Below, one piece after another: positions 39,227-47,513 of a stretch of DNA of 64,000 bases. The notes below the pieces were generated by a model. That model was given only the letters and a program-made list of their open reading frames with translations. It ran no database searches and was not told the origin of the DNA. Source of the stretch: Candidatus Latescibacterota bacterium (GTDB lineage Bacteria > Latescibacterota > UBA2968 > UBA8231); NCBI GenBank assembly GCA_965203175.1, contig OZ241867.1, forward strand, positions 4,224,001 to 4,288,000. Direction: 5' to 3'. The translations under genes were made by a program, and so were the position numbers. Each line of letters starts with the position of its first letter. The stretch's first letter is position 1.

Positions 39227-40108
39227 TTACGCTTTTTGGCTGAGCGCTTGAATCAGCGTTCCCAAATTGTGCTCGAACATCTTCTCGTAGCTGGTCGCCG
39301 GGCTGCCGCGTTCCGAGAGCGCGTCGGAGAACAGTCGGCCACCGATCTGAATTCCGGTTTCGTGCGCGATCTGCTGAATCAGGGATGGGCTGGTGATGTT
39401 CTCAACGAACAGTGCGCCGGCGCCGACGGCCTTCAAGTGATCGATCAGCTTGGCGAGGTCTCGTGCCGACGGCTCGGCATCGGTGTCGATCCCGACCGGG
39501 GCCAGAAATGTGAGCCCATAGGCTGCCTCCAGATAGCCAAAGGCGTCGTGGGCGGTCACGACCGTACGCTGGCCGGCGGGCAGTCTTTTGAGTTGGCCGA
39601 GCGCGCGGTCGTGTAATGCCTTTAGTCTCGCGGTGTAGGCGCGGGCATTGGCCTTGTAGGCTGCCGCGTTTTGCGGATCGGTTTCCGCCATGCCATCCGC
39701 AATATTGGCGACATACTTCATGCCGTTTGTGAGCGAGTTCCAGGCGTGCGGGTCGATTGCGCCGTCAACCTTCAAAGGCGCTATGCCATCCGTCGCGACG
39801 AACACTTTGGCCTGGGTAGCGGATGTCTCGATCAGGGTTTGCGACCAGGTCTCGAAGCCCAGACCGTTGACAAAGATCACCTCGGCGTTGGTCACTGCTT
39901 TGGCGTCGGCCGCGTTGGGGGTGTAAACGTGCGCATCCGCGTCCGGGCCGACAATGGTTGTCACCTCGGCTAAATCGCCGGTGACCTGGCGCACCATATC
40001 GCCGAGGATGGAGAAGCTGGCGACGACCTTGATTCTGTCCTGGGCGGCCGCCGGGATTGAGGTCAACGCCAGGCCCGCTACCAGCAGTGCGCTGAAGAGT
40101 TGTTTCAT
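39227..40108 (-). CDS. Metal ABC transporter solute-binding protein (AztC/ZnuA cluster A-I)
   Basis: VASFSILGD, DAHVYTP, DPHAW, HDAFGY, SDALS. Confidence 0.92.
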   Translation of the reverse strand: MKQLFSALLVAGLALTSIPAAAQDRIKVVASFSILGDMVRQVTGDLAEVTTIVGPDADAHVYTPNAADAKAVTNAEVIFVNGLGFETWSQTLIETSATQAKVFVATDGIAPLKVDGAIDPHAWNSLTNGMKYVANIADGMAETDPQNAAAYKANARAYTARLKALHDRALGQLKRLPAGQRTVVTAHDAFGYLEAAYGLTFLAPVGIDTDAEPSARDLAKLIDHLKAVGAGALFVENITSPSLIQQIAHETGIQIGGRLFSDALSERGSPATSYEKMFEHNLGTLIQALSQKA

Positions 40109-40120
40109 GGTTTTTTGCTC

Positions 40121-40999
40121 CTACATTGAGTTTCTGTTGATGGTCAGAGGTTCGCGGCGGTACGGGTTGAGGCGTGCGCCGACCTGAAATCCTTGCGGTG
40201 CGAAGATCAGGCTGAAAAAGAAAAAGACCGCCGCAACCAGCACGATTGCGGGACCTGAAGGCACGTCCGACAAATAGAACGAAACGATCAGCCCGATCCA
40301 GCCGCTCAGCAGCGCGAATATGAAGGTAACGATCAAATAGCCGGTGATTGTCGAGACCCAATAACGCGCCGCCGTCGCCGGCAGGATCATCAGCCCGACC
40401 GCCATCAGCGTGCCGAGCGCCTTGAAGGCGCCCAACAGATTGAGCACGACCAGAAACATGAACCAGTGGGCCACGAGGCCTGGGTGCTTGGACTGGCTCT
40501 CATGGAAGACCGGATCGATTGTACTGATGATCAGCGGCCTGATGATCAGCGCGAAGCTCACCAATGTGATTGTAGCCGTCATCCCGATCAGCAGGAGGCT
40601 TTCGTCGTTGATGCCGAGGATCGAACCGAACAGGAAACTCTTCAGCGGCACCGCCGAGCCGGCGGCGGACAGGATGAAGATGCCGAGGGCGAGGGCGGTC
40701 AGGTAGAGCGACGCCAGACTCGCATCCTCGCGGATGATTGTCATACGGGCGAGCAGGCTGGTCAGCGCGGCGACGGTGATACCGGCGGTCAACCCGCCAA
40801 CGATCATGGATCCCACCGACAGACCGGCAATCACGAAAGCGATGACGATTCCCGGCACAATAGCGTGAGCCATCGCCTCGCCGGCGAGCGACAGACGCCT
40901 GAGCACTAGGAATGCTCCGACCGGGGCGACGGAGAAACTCAACACCGTCGTCGCGGTCAGTGCCCGGACCATGAACGCGTAGTCGAGCCACTCAAACAT
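40121..40999 (-). CDS. Metal ABC transporter permease (AztB/ZnuB-like)
   Basis: LRRLSLAGEAMAHAIVPG, FLFGSIL, PSGPAIVL; ATG 40999. Confidence 0.92.
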   Translation of the reverse strand: MFEWLDYAFMVRALTATTVLSFSVAPVGAFLVLRRLSLAGEAMAHAIVPGIVIAFVIAGLSVGSMIVGGLTAGITVAALTSLLARMTIIREDASLASLYLTALALGIFILSAAGSAVPLKSFLFGSILGINDESLLLIGMTATITLVSFALIIRPLIISTIDPVFHESQSKHPGLVAHWFMFLVVLNLLGAFKALGTLMAVGLMILPATAARYWVSTITGYLIVTFIFALLSGWIGLIVSFYLSDVPSGPAIVLVAAVFFFFSLIFAPQGFQVGARLNPYRREPLTINRNSM

Positions 41000-41753
41000 C
41001 GTCTGCTTTCGATTGCGAGTACATGTTTTCGATCCAGGCGGCCTGACTTTGCGACAGGTACCGGTGAACGACCAGATTGTCGGGCGTAAGCGTTTCTTTC
41101 GGGGCACCGAAAAGCGCGCGGCCATCTCCCAGGAGAAGCGCTGAGCCGCAATGTTGTAGAACGGCGGAAAGGTCGTGCAGAACGAGGATGATGGTGCGTC
41201 CTTCCGCGGCCCAGTGATCGATCAGCGTCAGCAGAGCCGCTTCCGTTGTCTGGTCGACGGCCGTAAACGGCTCATCCAATAGGATCAGCGGCGCATCCTG
41301 AACCATGGTCCGGGCAAATAGCGCCCGTTGCAGCTGACCCGCGGATAGTTTGTGCAAGGGCATATCGGCGATCTCGGCGGTGCCTGTGCGCTCGAGCGCG
41401 CACCCGATCCGAGCCCGGCACTCGCTATCGATGCGGCCGAGAAACCCCAAGTTGGGCCAAGCACCCATTGCCGCTAGGTCGCGGACCCGGATGGGAAAGC
41501 GGCTGTCGAACTCGGTCCTTTGGCCTAGATAAGCAATTGTCGGTGGCCGCCCGATGGGCCAGTTGAGCGTACCGGCAAGCGGCGGCAAGGTGCCCAACAG
41601 TGTTTTGATCAGGGTCGATTTTCCCGATCCGTTGTGACCGACAACAGCAAGCACATCGCCGAGCGCAAGGTTGAACGCGACGTCTTCAGCGACGGTCTCG
41701 GTCCCATAGCCGAGCGAGAGTCCAGTTGCCGAAAGGAGCATTGGATTCGCCAT
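40992..41753 (-). CDS. Metal ABC transporter ATP-binding protein (AztA/ZnuC-like)
   Basis: GHNGSGKST, LSAGQLQR, LLDEPF, VLHDL. Confidence 0.92.
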   Translation of the reverse strand: MANPMLLSATGLSLGYGTETVAEDVAFNLALGDVLAVVGHNGSGKSTLIKTLLGTLPPLAGTLNWPIGRPPTIAYLGQRTEFDSRFPIRVRDLAAMGAWPNLGFLGRIDSECRARIGCALERTGTAEIADMPLHKLSAGQLQRALFARTMVQDAPLILLDEPFTAVDQTTEAALLTLIDHWAAEGRTIILVLHDLSAVLQHCGSALLLGDGRALFGAPKETLTPDNLVVHRYLSQSQAAWIENMYSQSKADDV

Positions 41754-41768
41754 CGGCCTCTGTCGGAC

Positions 41769-41906
41769 TCAGATGCCGAGGGTCGCGATGATGATGACCC
41801 AGAGTCCTGCGCAGGCAACGCTGACTGCAATCAGATAATGGAGCGTACTGGCAACTGTAAGATCGAATCCCGCCAAGCTTTGAGTCTGTAAGTTTTGCGA
41901 GCTCAT
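41769..41906 (-). CDS. 45-aa single-TM small protein heading the ABC operon (below the ORF-track cutoff)
   Basis: MSSQNLQTQSLAGFDLTVASTLHYLIAVSVACAGLWVIIIATLGI, translated by hand. Confidence 0.65.
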   Translation of the reverse strand: MSSQNLQTQSLAGFDLTVASTLHYLIAVSVACAGLWVIIIATLGI

Positions 41907-43205
41907 AAAAACCTCGCGTGAGACCGTCGCCTTTAGGCGATGGAGGGATAGCGATTCAATCGGCGAGAGGCGGCTTGCCCGCCTTTAGCCGGTTGAAATC
42001 TGTTGTAGAAAGGTTGACACGGCTTCTTGTAGAGATTGTATTTATCTCTATGAAGAAGGTGATACAGATACAGCTTAAGCCTACCCCTGAGCAAGCGGCT
42101 GCGCTGGAGAAGACGATGCGTCGATTCAACGAGGCGTGTAACTGGCTGGCTGTTCGCGCTTTTGAGCGCAAGCTGGCCAATCGCTTTGGCTTGCACAAGC
42201 TGTATTACTACGAACTGCGTGAACGCTTTGGCCTGCCTGCTCAGATGGCCTGTCTGGTATCGGCCAATGTATCGGCCGCCTACAAGCGGGACACCGCCAA
42301 GCCAGTGTCCTTTCGTCCCTTGGCGTCGATGCCCTATGACCGGCATCTGCTGCGCTACCAAGACCTGACTACGGTCTCCATGTCCACGTTGGATGGGCGC
42401 ATCAGCCTGCCGATGGTCATGGGCGCCTATCAGGCCGAGCAGTTTGCCCAAGTCAAATACTACGCCGAACTGGTGCATCGCAAAGACGGCCAGTGGTTCC
42501 TTATGGCTGTGGTCGAGACCGATGACCTGCCGCCGCTGGATACCGACGACTTCCTCGGCGTTGATCTGGGGGTCGAGAACCTTGCCACGGACTCCGACGG
42601 ACAACAGCACTCGGGCGAGGACGTAGAGCAGGTGCGCGTCAAGCACCAGACGCTCAAGCAAGCCCTTCAATCGGCGGCTGATTTGGCGGCTAATGCTCGG
42701 AAGCGCAAGCGCATCCGTAAGAAGCTCAAACGTATCGGCGATAGAGAAGCACGCTTTCGCCGCAATACCAACCACTGCCTCTCTAAGCGAATCGTTGCGA
42801 AGGCTAAAGGCACTCTGAGAGGGATAGCCCTCGAAGACCTCAAGGGCATCCGACAGAGAACCCGGTTTCGCAAGCCGCAACGTAACCGCATGGATAGCTG
42901 GGGATTCGACCAGCTTCGCCAGTTTGTCCGCTACAAGGCGGAGCAAGCCGGCGTACCGCTCAAGATTGTCGATCCCAAGCATACCTCTCAGATGTGTTCG
43001 CAGTGTGAACATGTCGAAGCGGCTAATCGCTCCTCTCAGTCTCGGTTTCGTTGTAAGCAGTGTGGATATGCCGTCCATGCCGATTACAACGCCGCCCGGA
43101 ACATCCGGGCCAGGGCTCTTGTCAGCGAGCCTATAGTTTCAAGCTACTCCGCTGCGGCGGGGTAGCTTAGGGACAAGCCGCTCGCTTTAGCCGGCGGTGG
43201 TTGAC
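41907..43205 (+). mobile_element. IS200/IS605-family tnpB-only (IS1341-like) element
   Basis: Left subterminal hairpin 41924-41943, right hairpin 43177-43198 ending GGTTGAC, no TSD, inserted 3' of TCAT. Confidence 0.82.
42050..43165 (+). CDS. tnpB: RNA-guided endonuclease TnpB
   Basis: RuvC residues in GVDLG, LEDL and ADYNAARNI; zinc finger CSQC/CKQC. Confidence 0.95.
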   Translation: MKKVIQIQLKPTPEQAAALEKTMRRFNEACNWLAVRAFERKLANRFGLHKLYYYELRERFGLPAQMACLVSANVSAAYKRDTAKPVSFRPLASMPYDRHLLRYQDLTTVSMSTLDGRISLPMVMGAYQAEQFAQVKYYAELVHRKDGQWFLMAVVETDDLPPLDTDDFLGVDLGVENLATDSDGQQHSGEDVEQVRVKHQTLKQALQSAADLAANARKRKRIRKKLKRIGDREARFRRNTNHCLSKRIVAKAKGTLRGIALEDLKGIRQRTRFRKPQRNRMDSWGFDQLRQFVRYKAEQAGVPLKIVDPKHTSQMCSQCEHVEAANRSSQSRFRCKQCGYAVHADYNAARNIRARALVSEPIVSSYSAAAG

Positions 43206-43328
43206 TATTCTCTCTTTCAGGGGTATGGCCACTGGGTTCCCTGTTATGCATTCCGCCTTCGGCCTCAGGACACCAAGCTACTGCCCCATAGCAACCCTCT
43301 CCCCATCGCTCAACCTGGACTGACCTCC

Positions 43329-43358
43329 AATGATATTCTATTATCATTAAGTAGTCAA
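43329..43358 (-). promoter_or_regulatory. Promoter with Fur-family-like operator C (native ABC-operon promoter)
   Basis: AATGATAT-TCTA-TTATCATT (43329-43348); TTGACT-N17-TATCAT on the minus strand. Confidence 0.75.
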
Positions 43359-43414
43359 CCCAACTCGGGCGGATAGGAATGTTTCTGTTGCCCTCTAGAT
43401 CACCATGCGCCTCA

Positions 43415-43757
43415 AAGCCAGCCGATGCGTACTCCGTTATCAGCATGATGAAGTCCGCCGGTCACAGCCAGCGCGCCCGGACATGGACCAATGTCGGCTT
43501 TGCCCTTCTGTGCCCGGTAGTGGCCCTGGCGAGCTTTGGGGGGTGGAATTGCTTGGCCCGGAAGAAGGGGCGGTGATCGGCTATGTGCTGTCCTTTGCGG
43601 CGGGCGCGTTTTTGTGCATTGCCTTGAGCGACCTGTTACCAGAGATTCATTTCCACAGCCACGATCGCGGCAAGCTCATCGTGTCCCTCCTCGTGGGAAT
43701 CAGTCTCGCCTATGTACTTTGAATCCAGCACCCTTTATGGCGCACGAAGGGCATTAG
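43415..43757 (+). pseudogene. 3' fragment of a ZIP transporter, frameshifted
   Basis: Inverted copy of about 15289-15648 with a 1-nt deletion in a G run near 43540. Confidence 0.85.
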
Positions 43758-43822
43758 CTATATCGCTACCTTCTGCCCGGTCTGCACCGACTCAATTTTC
43801 TTCAAACTGGCCCCGACTGATT

Positions 43823-46021
43823 TTGAGGTTCGTACCTGTACTCGGCCTAGCAGTAAGTTCCGCTTGGGGCGACCAGACTGGCACTCTAGCTGGCCACGTG
43901 ATCGACGCCGAAAGCGGTCAACCCGTCGGTTGGACTACCATCGTCATTGAGGGGCTCGAACGAGCGCGGATGAGCGATGCCGAGGGGTACTTCTTCTTCG
44001 CCAACGTACCCGCTGGCGCGCACGTCTTGCAAAGCCTACACGTCGGCTACCGCGAGGAGCGCTTTAAGGTCGAGATCGTCGCGGGAGATACCACTCATGT
44101 CGATCTGGTTATCGGCCACGAGTCCCTGCATGTAGATGAGATCCTCGTCGAAGGCGAACGCAAGATCCCTGCTTCTCCACTCCAAGCACCCGAAGTCGTC
44201 TTCAGCGGCAGCAAGCTGCGGCAGAATTTGAGCCGCACCATCGCCGAGACCATCGCCTACGAGCCGGGCATTGCCCAGCGCTCGATGGGGCCCGCGCCTG
44301 CGCGTCCGGTGCTGCGCGGGCTGGGCGGCGACCGCTTGCTGATGGTCGAAGACGGCGAGCGCACCGGCGATTTGTCTGCTACCTCTTCGGACCACGCCGT
44401 AGCCATTGAGCCAATGACCACCGAGCGCATCGAGGTCGTGCGCGGCCCTCGCACCTTGCTCTACGGCTCCAATGCCTTGGCCGGGGTCGTCAACGTGGTG
44501 CGCGGGTACGTGCCCTCCGAGCGACCCGACGGCTTGGGGGGAGCTGTGACGTATCAGGGGGAGAGCGTCAACCGAGGTTTGTCCGGCGGCCTGACCCTCG
44601 AACAGGCACTCGGCCCACTGGCCCTGCGCTTCGACAGTAGTCTGCGCAATGCCGACGATATTGCCACGCCGCGTGGAGTACTCACCAATACGGATATCCG
44701 CACGGGCAATGCTTCAGTCGGCCTGAGTCTGGTTCGTCCTTGGGGGCATGTAGGCGCGTCCGGCAGCTTATACGACTCCGACTACGGCATCCCTCCCGAC
44801 CCAGAGGGCGGCCATCCGCACGGCGTATCCATTGATCTCCAACGCCAGCATCTCGAAGGGCGCGGCGAAATCCTCACCGGGCCGGACTGGCTCCAGCGCT
44901 TAGAACTGCACCACTCGTTTTCGCGCTATCAGCACGGCGAATTCGAAGCTAGTGGCGACTTGGGGATGGAGTTCGGCGTGCTCACGCACAACAGCGGTGT
45001 GCTGGCCCACTTGGATCGCATGGGGCCTTTTGAAAACGGTGCGATTGGCTTGTGGTACGAGTACCGCAACTATGCCGCGGCCGGGCTTAACTTCACGCCG
45101 CCGGCCGAGGAATATGCCGGTGCTCTTTTCACGTACCAGGAGTGGGAGCATGGGCCTTGGGCGGCCAATGCGGCCTTGCGCGTTGATGCCCGCCGCGTCG
45201 AGCCAAGAGAAGAGCGCGACGCGCGCAGGGTCGGCAGCATCCAGACGCGCGATTTTGCCGGTATGTCTGCCGGTCTGTCCAACCACTATCGCGCCAACTC
45301 GACCTTGACGCTGGGTACGACCTTGATGCGCACTTTTCGCGCTCCTGGTATCGAAGAACTATTCTCCGAAGGGCCGCATTTGGCTGCCTATTCGTACGAG
45401 GTGGGCAATGGTGCTCTCGGCAGCGAACGTGGCTTGGGACTGGAGCTGTTCGCCGACTACCACCGCGAAGAAGGCCATGTACACGTGGCCGTCTTCCGCA
45501 ATGCGATCAATGGGTTCATTTTTCCCAAGAACAGCGGTGAGCACAGCTTGCGGCGCGCCGATCTCTTTCTCTATCGGACTGTGGGGGAGCGCGTCCTCAT
45601 GCACGGCGCCGAAGCCAACTTTGATTGGCATCTGGTGGAGCCTTGGAAGGTGGCTGGCACCCTCAGCTATGTGCGCGGTCGTCTCATTGATCTCAACGAC
45701 GAACCCCTGCCGCGTCTGCCGCCCCTACAAGGGCATCTGGGCCTGACTTGCGAACCCACTGAGGCGCTGAGTGCGACCATTGACGTGCGCTTGGCTGCGG
45801 AGCAGAACCGGATCGGCGAGTTTGAAGAGCCTACGGAGGGCTACGCAGTGCTGGATTTTTCAGGTCAGTACTATGCGGAGTGGGGGGGACGGTTGCACAC
45901 CTTCTCCTTGACCTTGGAAAACGCCACTGACGCGGTGTACCGCAATCACCTCAACCGCGTCAAAGAGATCCTGCCCGAGCCAGGCCGCAATCTGCGCCTG
46001 CTGCACAAGATATTCTTCTGA
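43823..46021 (+). CDS. TonB-dependent receptor (ZnuD-like), copy 2
   Basis: Highly similar to 19808-22048; likely TTG start giving MRFVPVLGLAVSSAWG; start uncertain. Confidence 0.88.
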   Translation: MRFVPVLGLAVSSAWGDQTGTLAGHVIDAESGQPVGWTTIVIEGLERARMSDAEGYFFFANVPAGAHVLQSLHVGYREERFKVEIVAGDTTHVDLVIGHESLHVDEILVEGERKIPASPLQAPEVVFSGSKLRQNLSRTIAETIAYEPGIAQRSMGPAPARPVLRGLGGDRLLMVEDGERTGDLSATSSDHAVAIEPMTTERIEVVRGPRTLLYGSNALAGVVNVVRGYVPSERPDGLGGAVTYQGESVNRGLSGGLTLEQALGPLALRFDSSLRNADDIATPRGVLTNTDIRTGNASVGLSLVRPWGHVGASGSLYDSDYGIPPDPEGGHPHGVSIDLQRQHLEGRGEILTGPDWLQRLELHHSFSRYQHGEFEASGDLGMEFGVLTHNSGVLAHLDRMGPFENGAIGLWYEYRNYAAAGLNFTPPAEEYAGALFTYQEWEHGPWAANAALRVDARRVEPREERDARRVGSIQTRDFAGMSAGLSNHYRANSTLTLGTTLMRTFRAPGIEELFSEGPHLAAYSYEVGNGALGSERGLGLELFADYHREEGHVHVAVFRNAINGFIFPKNSGEHSLRRADLFLYRTVGERVLMHGAEANFDWHLVEPWKVAGTLSYVRGRLIDLNDEPLPRLPPLQGHLGLTCEPTEALSATIDVRLAAEQNRIGEFEEPTEGYAVLDFSGQYYAEWGGRLHTFSLTLENATDAVYRNHLNRVKEILPEPGRNLRLLHKIFF

Positions 46022-46024
46022 GAC

Positions 46025-46330
46025 TCAACTCCCCGGCTGCCACTCGTTGAGCGTGCGGGCGAAGAGGATATCCGAGCGGGTGACGGCCCCTTCGCTGTGC
46101 GTTGTTACCGAGACGGCAACGGTGCGCTTGCCGGTGTCCAAGGAGAAGTCGGGGTGGTGGTTCTGCTCGGTGATGGTGCGGGTCAGGTGGTTGAGGAACG
46201 AGGTGATGTCCTTGAAATTGGCAAAGACGAAGTCGCGCGAGATGATGATGCCGTCGCGGCTCCATCCTTCGAGAGTTTGCAATTCGGCATCTACTTCGGC
46301 GGCAGTGAGGGTGGTTTTGTCTTCGGTCAT
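46025..46330 (-). CDS. Pterin-4-alpha-carbinolamine dehydratase family protein
   Basis: EQNHHPDF and TTHSEGAVTRSD motifs. Confidence 0.9.
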   Translation of the reverse strand: MTEDKTTLTAAEVDAELQTLEGWSRDGIIISRDFVFANFKDITSFLNHLTRTITEQNHHPDFSLDTGKRTVAVSVTTHSEGAVTRSDILFARTLNEWQPGS

Positions 46331-46356
46331 GGTGGATTGGCTCCTCGTTGAGATGG

Positions 46357-47466
46357 TTAGAGGGTTAGGATGCGGTGGAGGCGGTCGGCGATGATTTCGG
46401 CTTCGCCGTCTAAGAGGGTTTGCGGCCCAACGCTGAGCGCGGTGTCATCGCCGCTGACGAGGATCGACGGCTCGCCTTCTTCGAGTGCGCGCACTACGTC
46501 GCCAGCCGAGAGGGGGGCCGCGTCGCCAAAGTGCAGATGCACCAGCGGCGAGGCCGGCGGAAATTTGTTCTCGTAGGCTTTGGTAAAACTGGCTTCAATA
46601 CCGGCGATGCCTTCGACGGCCTCGGCGACGACCCGACAGCGGTGCTCCCACTCGGCGACGACCGCCGTTTCGTCCATTTCAAAGAACAGTTCGACGGCGC
46701 GGAGCAGGCCGCAGATCTCCTCTTTGCCGACCTTCATGCCGCGGCCGATGGCCGAGTGCGGGTTGGAGTTGAGGTGGCACGCGGCAATCAGGTCTTTGCG
46801 TCCCAAGATCAGGCCCGATGATTGTGGCCCGAACAGGCCCTTGCCGCCGCTGAAGACGGATAGATCGCATCCCATAGCCGGTAGATCGGTCAGGTTGGAG
46901 CGCGGCGGCAATTGCGCGGCCGCATCGACGATGACCGGCACGTTGCGCTCGTGGGCGGCGGTGACGAGCGCGGGCAGTTCGGACAGGGGCTGGCTGCCGA
47001 GGAAGTACACTACGGCTGCGGTCTTGGGGCCGATACCGGCGACGTAATCGTCAATAGTCACAGACTTTGTGGTCCCTACTTTGACCAGTTCGCCGCCGCT
47101 GAGGCGAAAGCCCTGGTGGATGTAGTAGTGAGAATCGACCAAGCTGATGACGAACTGGTTGGGCCGATCTCCAACATCGGGAAGCTGGGCAATGGCACGG
47201 GTGTCCGTGCCGGTCAGGCAGGCTGCACCGGCCAAGAGCATGCCGCCGGCTGCGCCCGAAGACACAAAGGCCGCTTCTGCGCCGGTGAGTTCGGCGATGC
47301 GAGCACCGGCTTTTTCGTGCAGTTCGTTGAGGTGGACGAATTGGCGCGACGCTTCGGCCATGGCCTCGACCACGGGCGCGGGCATGATGGAGCCGCCGAG
47401 CGTGGTGATGGTGCCGCGGGCGTTGATGAAAGGGCGCAGGCCTAGGCGTTGGTACAGGGGGGTCAT
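46357..47466 (-). CDS. SelA-like PLP-dependent enzyme (DgaE-like)
   Basis: INARGTITTLGGS, VDAAAQ, FSGGKGLFGPQSSG, IGRGMKVGKE. Confidence 0.85.
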   Translation of the reverse strand: MTPLYQRLGLRPFINARGTITTLGGSIMPAPVVEAMAEASRQFVHLNELHEKAGARIAELTGAEAAFVSSGAAGGMLLAGAACLTGTDTRAIAQLPDVGDRPNQFVISLVDSHYYIHQGFRLSGGELVKVGTTKSVTIDDYVAGIGPKTAAVVYFLGSQPLSELPALVTAAHERNVPVIVDAAAQLPPRSNLTDLPAMGCDLSVFSGGKGLFGPQSSGLILGRKDLIAACHLNSNPHSAIGRGMKVGKEEICGLLRAVELFFEMDETAVVAEWEHRCRVVAEAVEGIAGIEASFTKAYENKFPPASPLVHLHFGDAAPLSAGDVVRALEEGEPSILVSGDDTALSVGPQTLLDGEAEIIADRLHRILTL

Positions 47467-47513
47467 AGGTAGATCCTTAAGGAAGCAGTGGATTGAAGTC
47501 GCGCATCCAATGA

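Noticed and set aside
42050-43165. Nuclease-dead TnpB (TldR-like) domesticated as a regulator
   Set aside because: All three RuvC acidic residues and both IS end hairpins are present, so it looks like an ordinary mobile TnpB
43712-43822. N-terminal extension of TBDR copy 2
   Set aside because: This DNA is the ZIP pseudogene tail plus an antisense copy of a core-gene end, so it is unlikely to be genuine coding sequence
15289-46021. Integrase-mobilised island or prophage
   Set aside because: No integrase, tRNA attachment site, conjugation or phage genes seen; only tnpB and an IS630 scrap
46357-47466. True selenocysteine synthase selA
   Set aside because: Short form lacking the SelA N-terminal domain; no selB or selC nearby; motifs fit the DgaE-like subgroup
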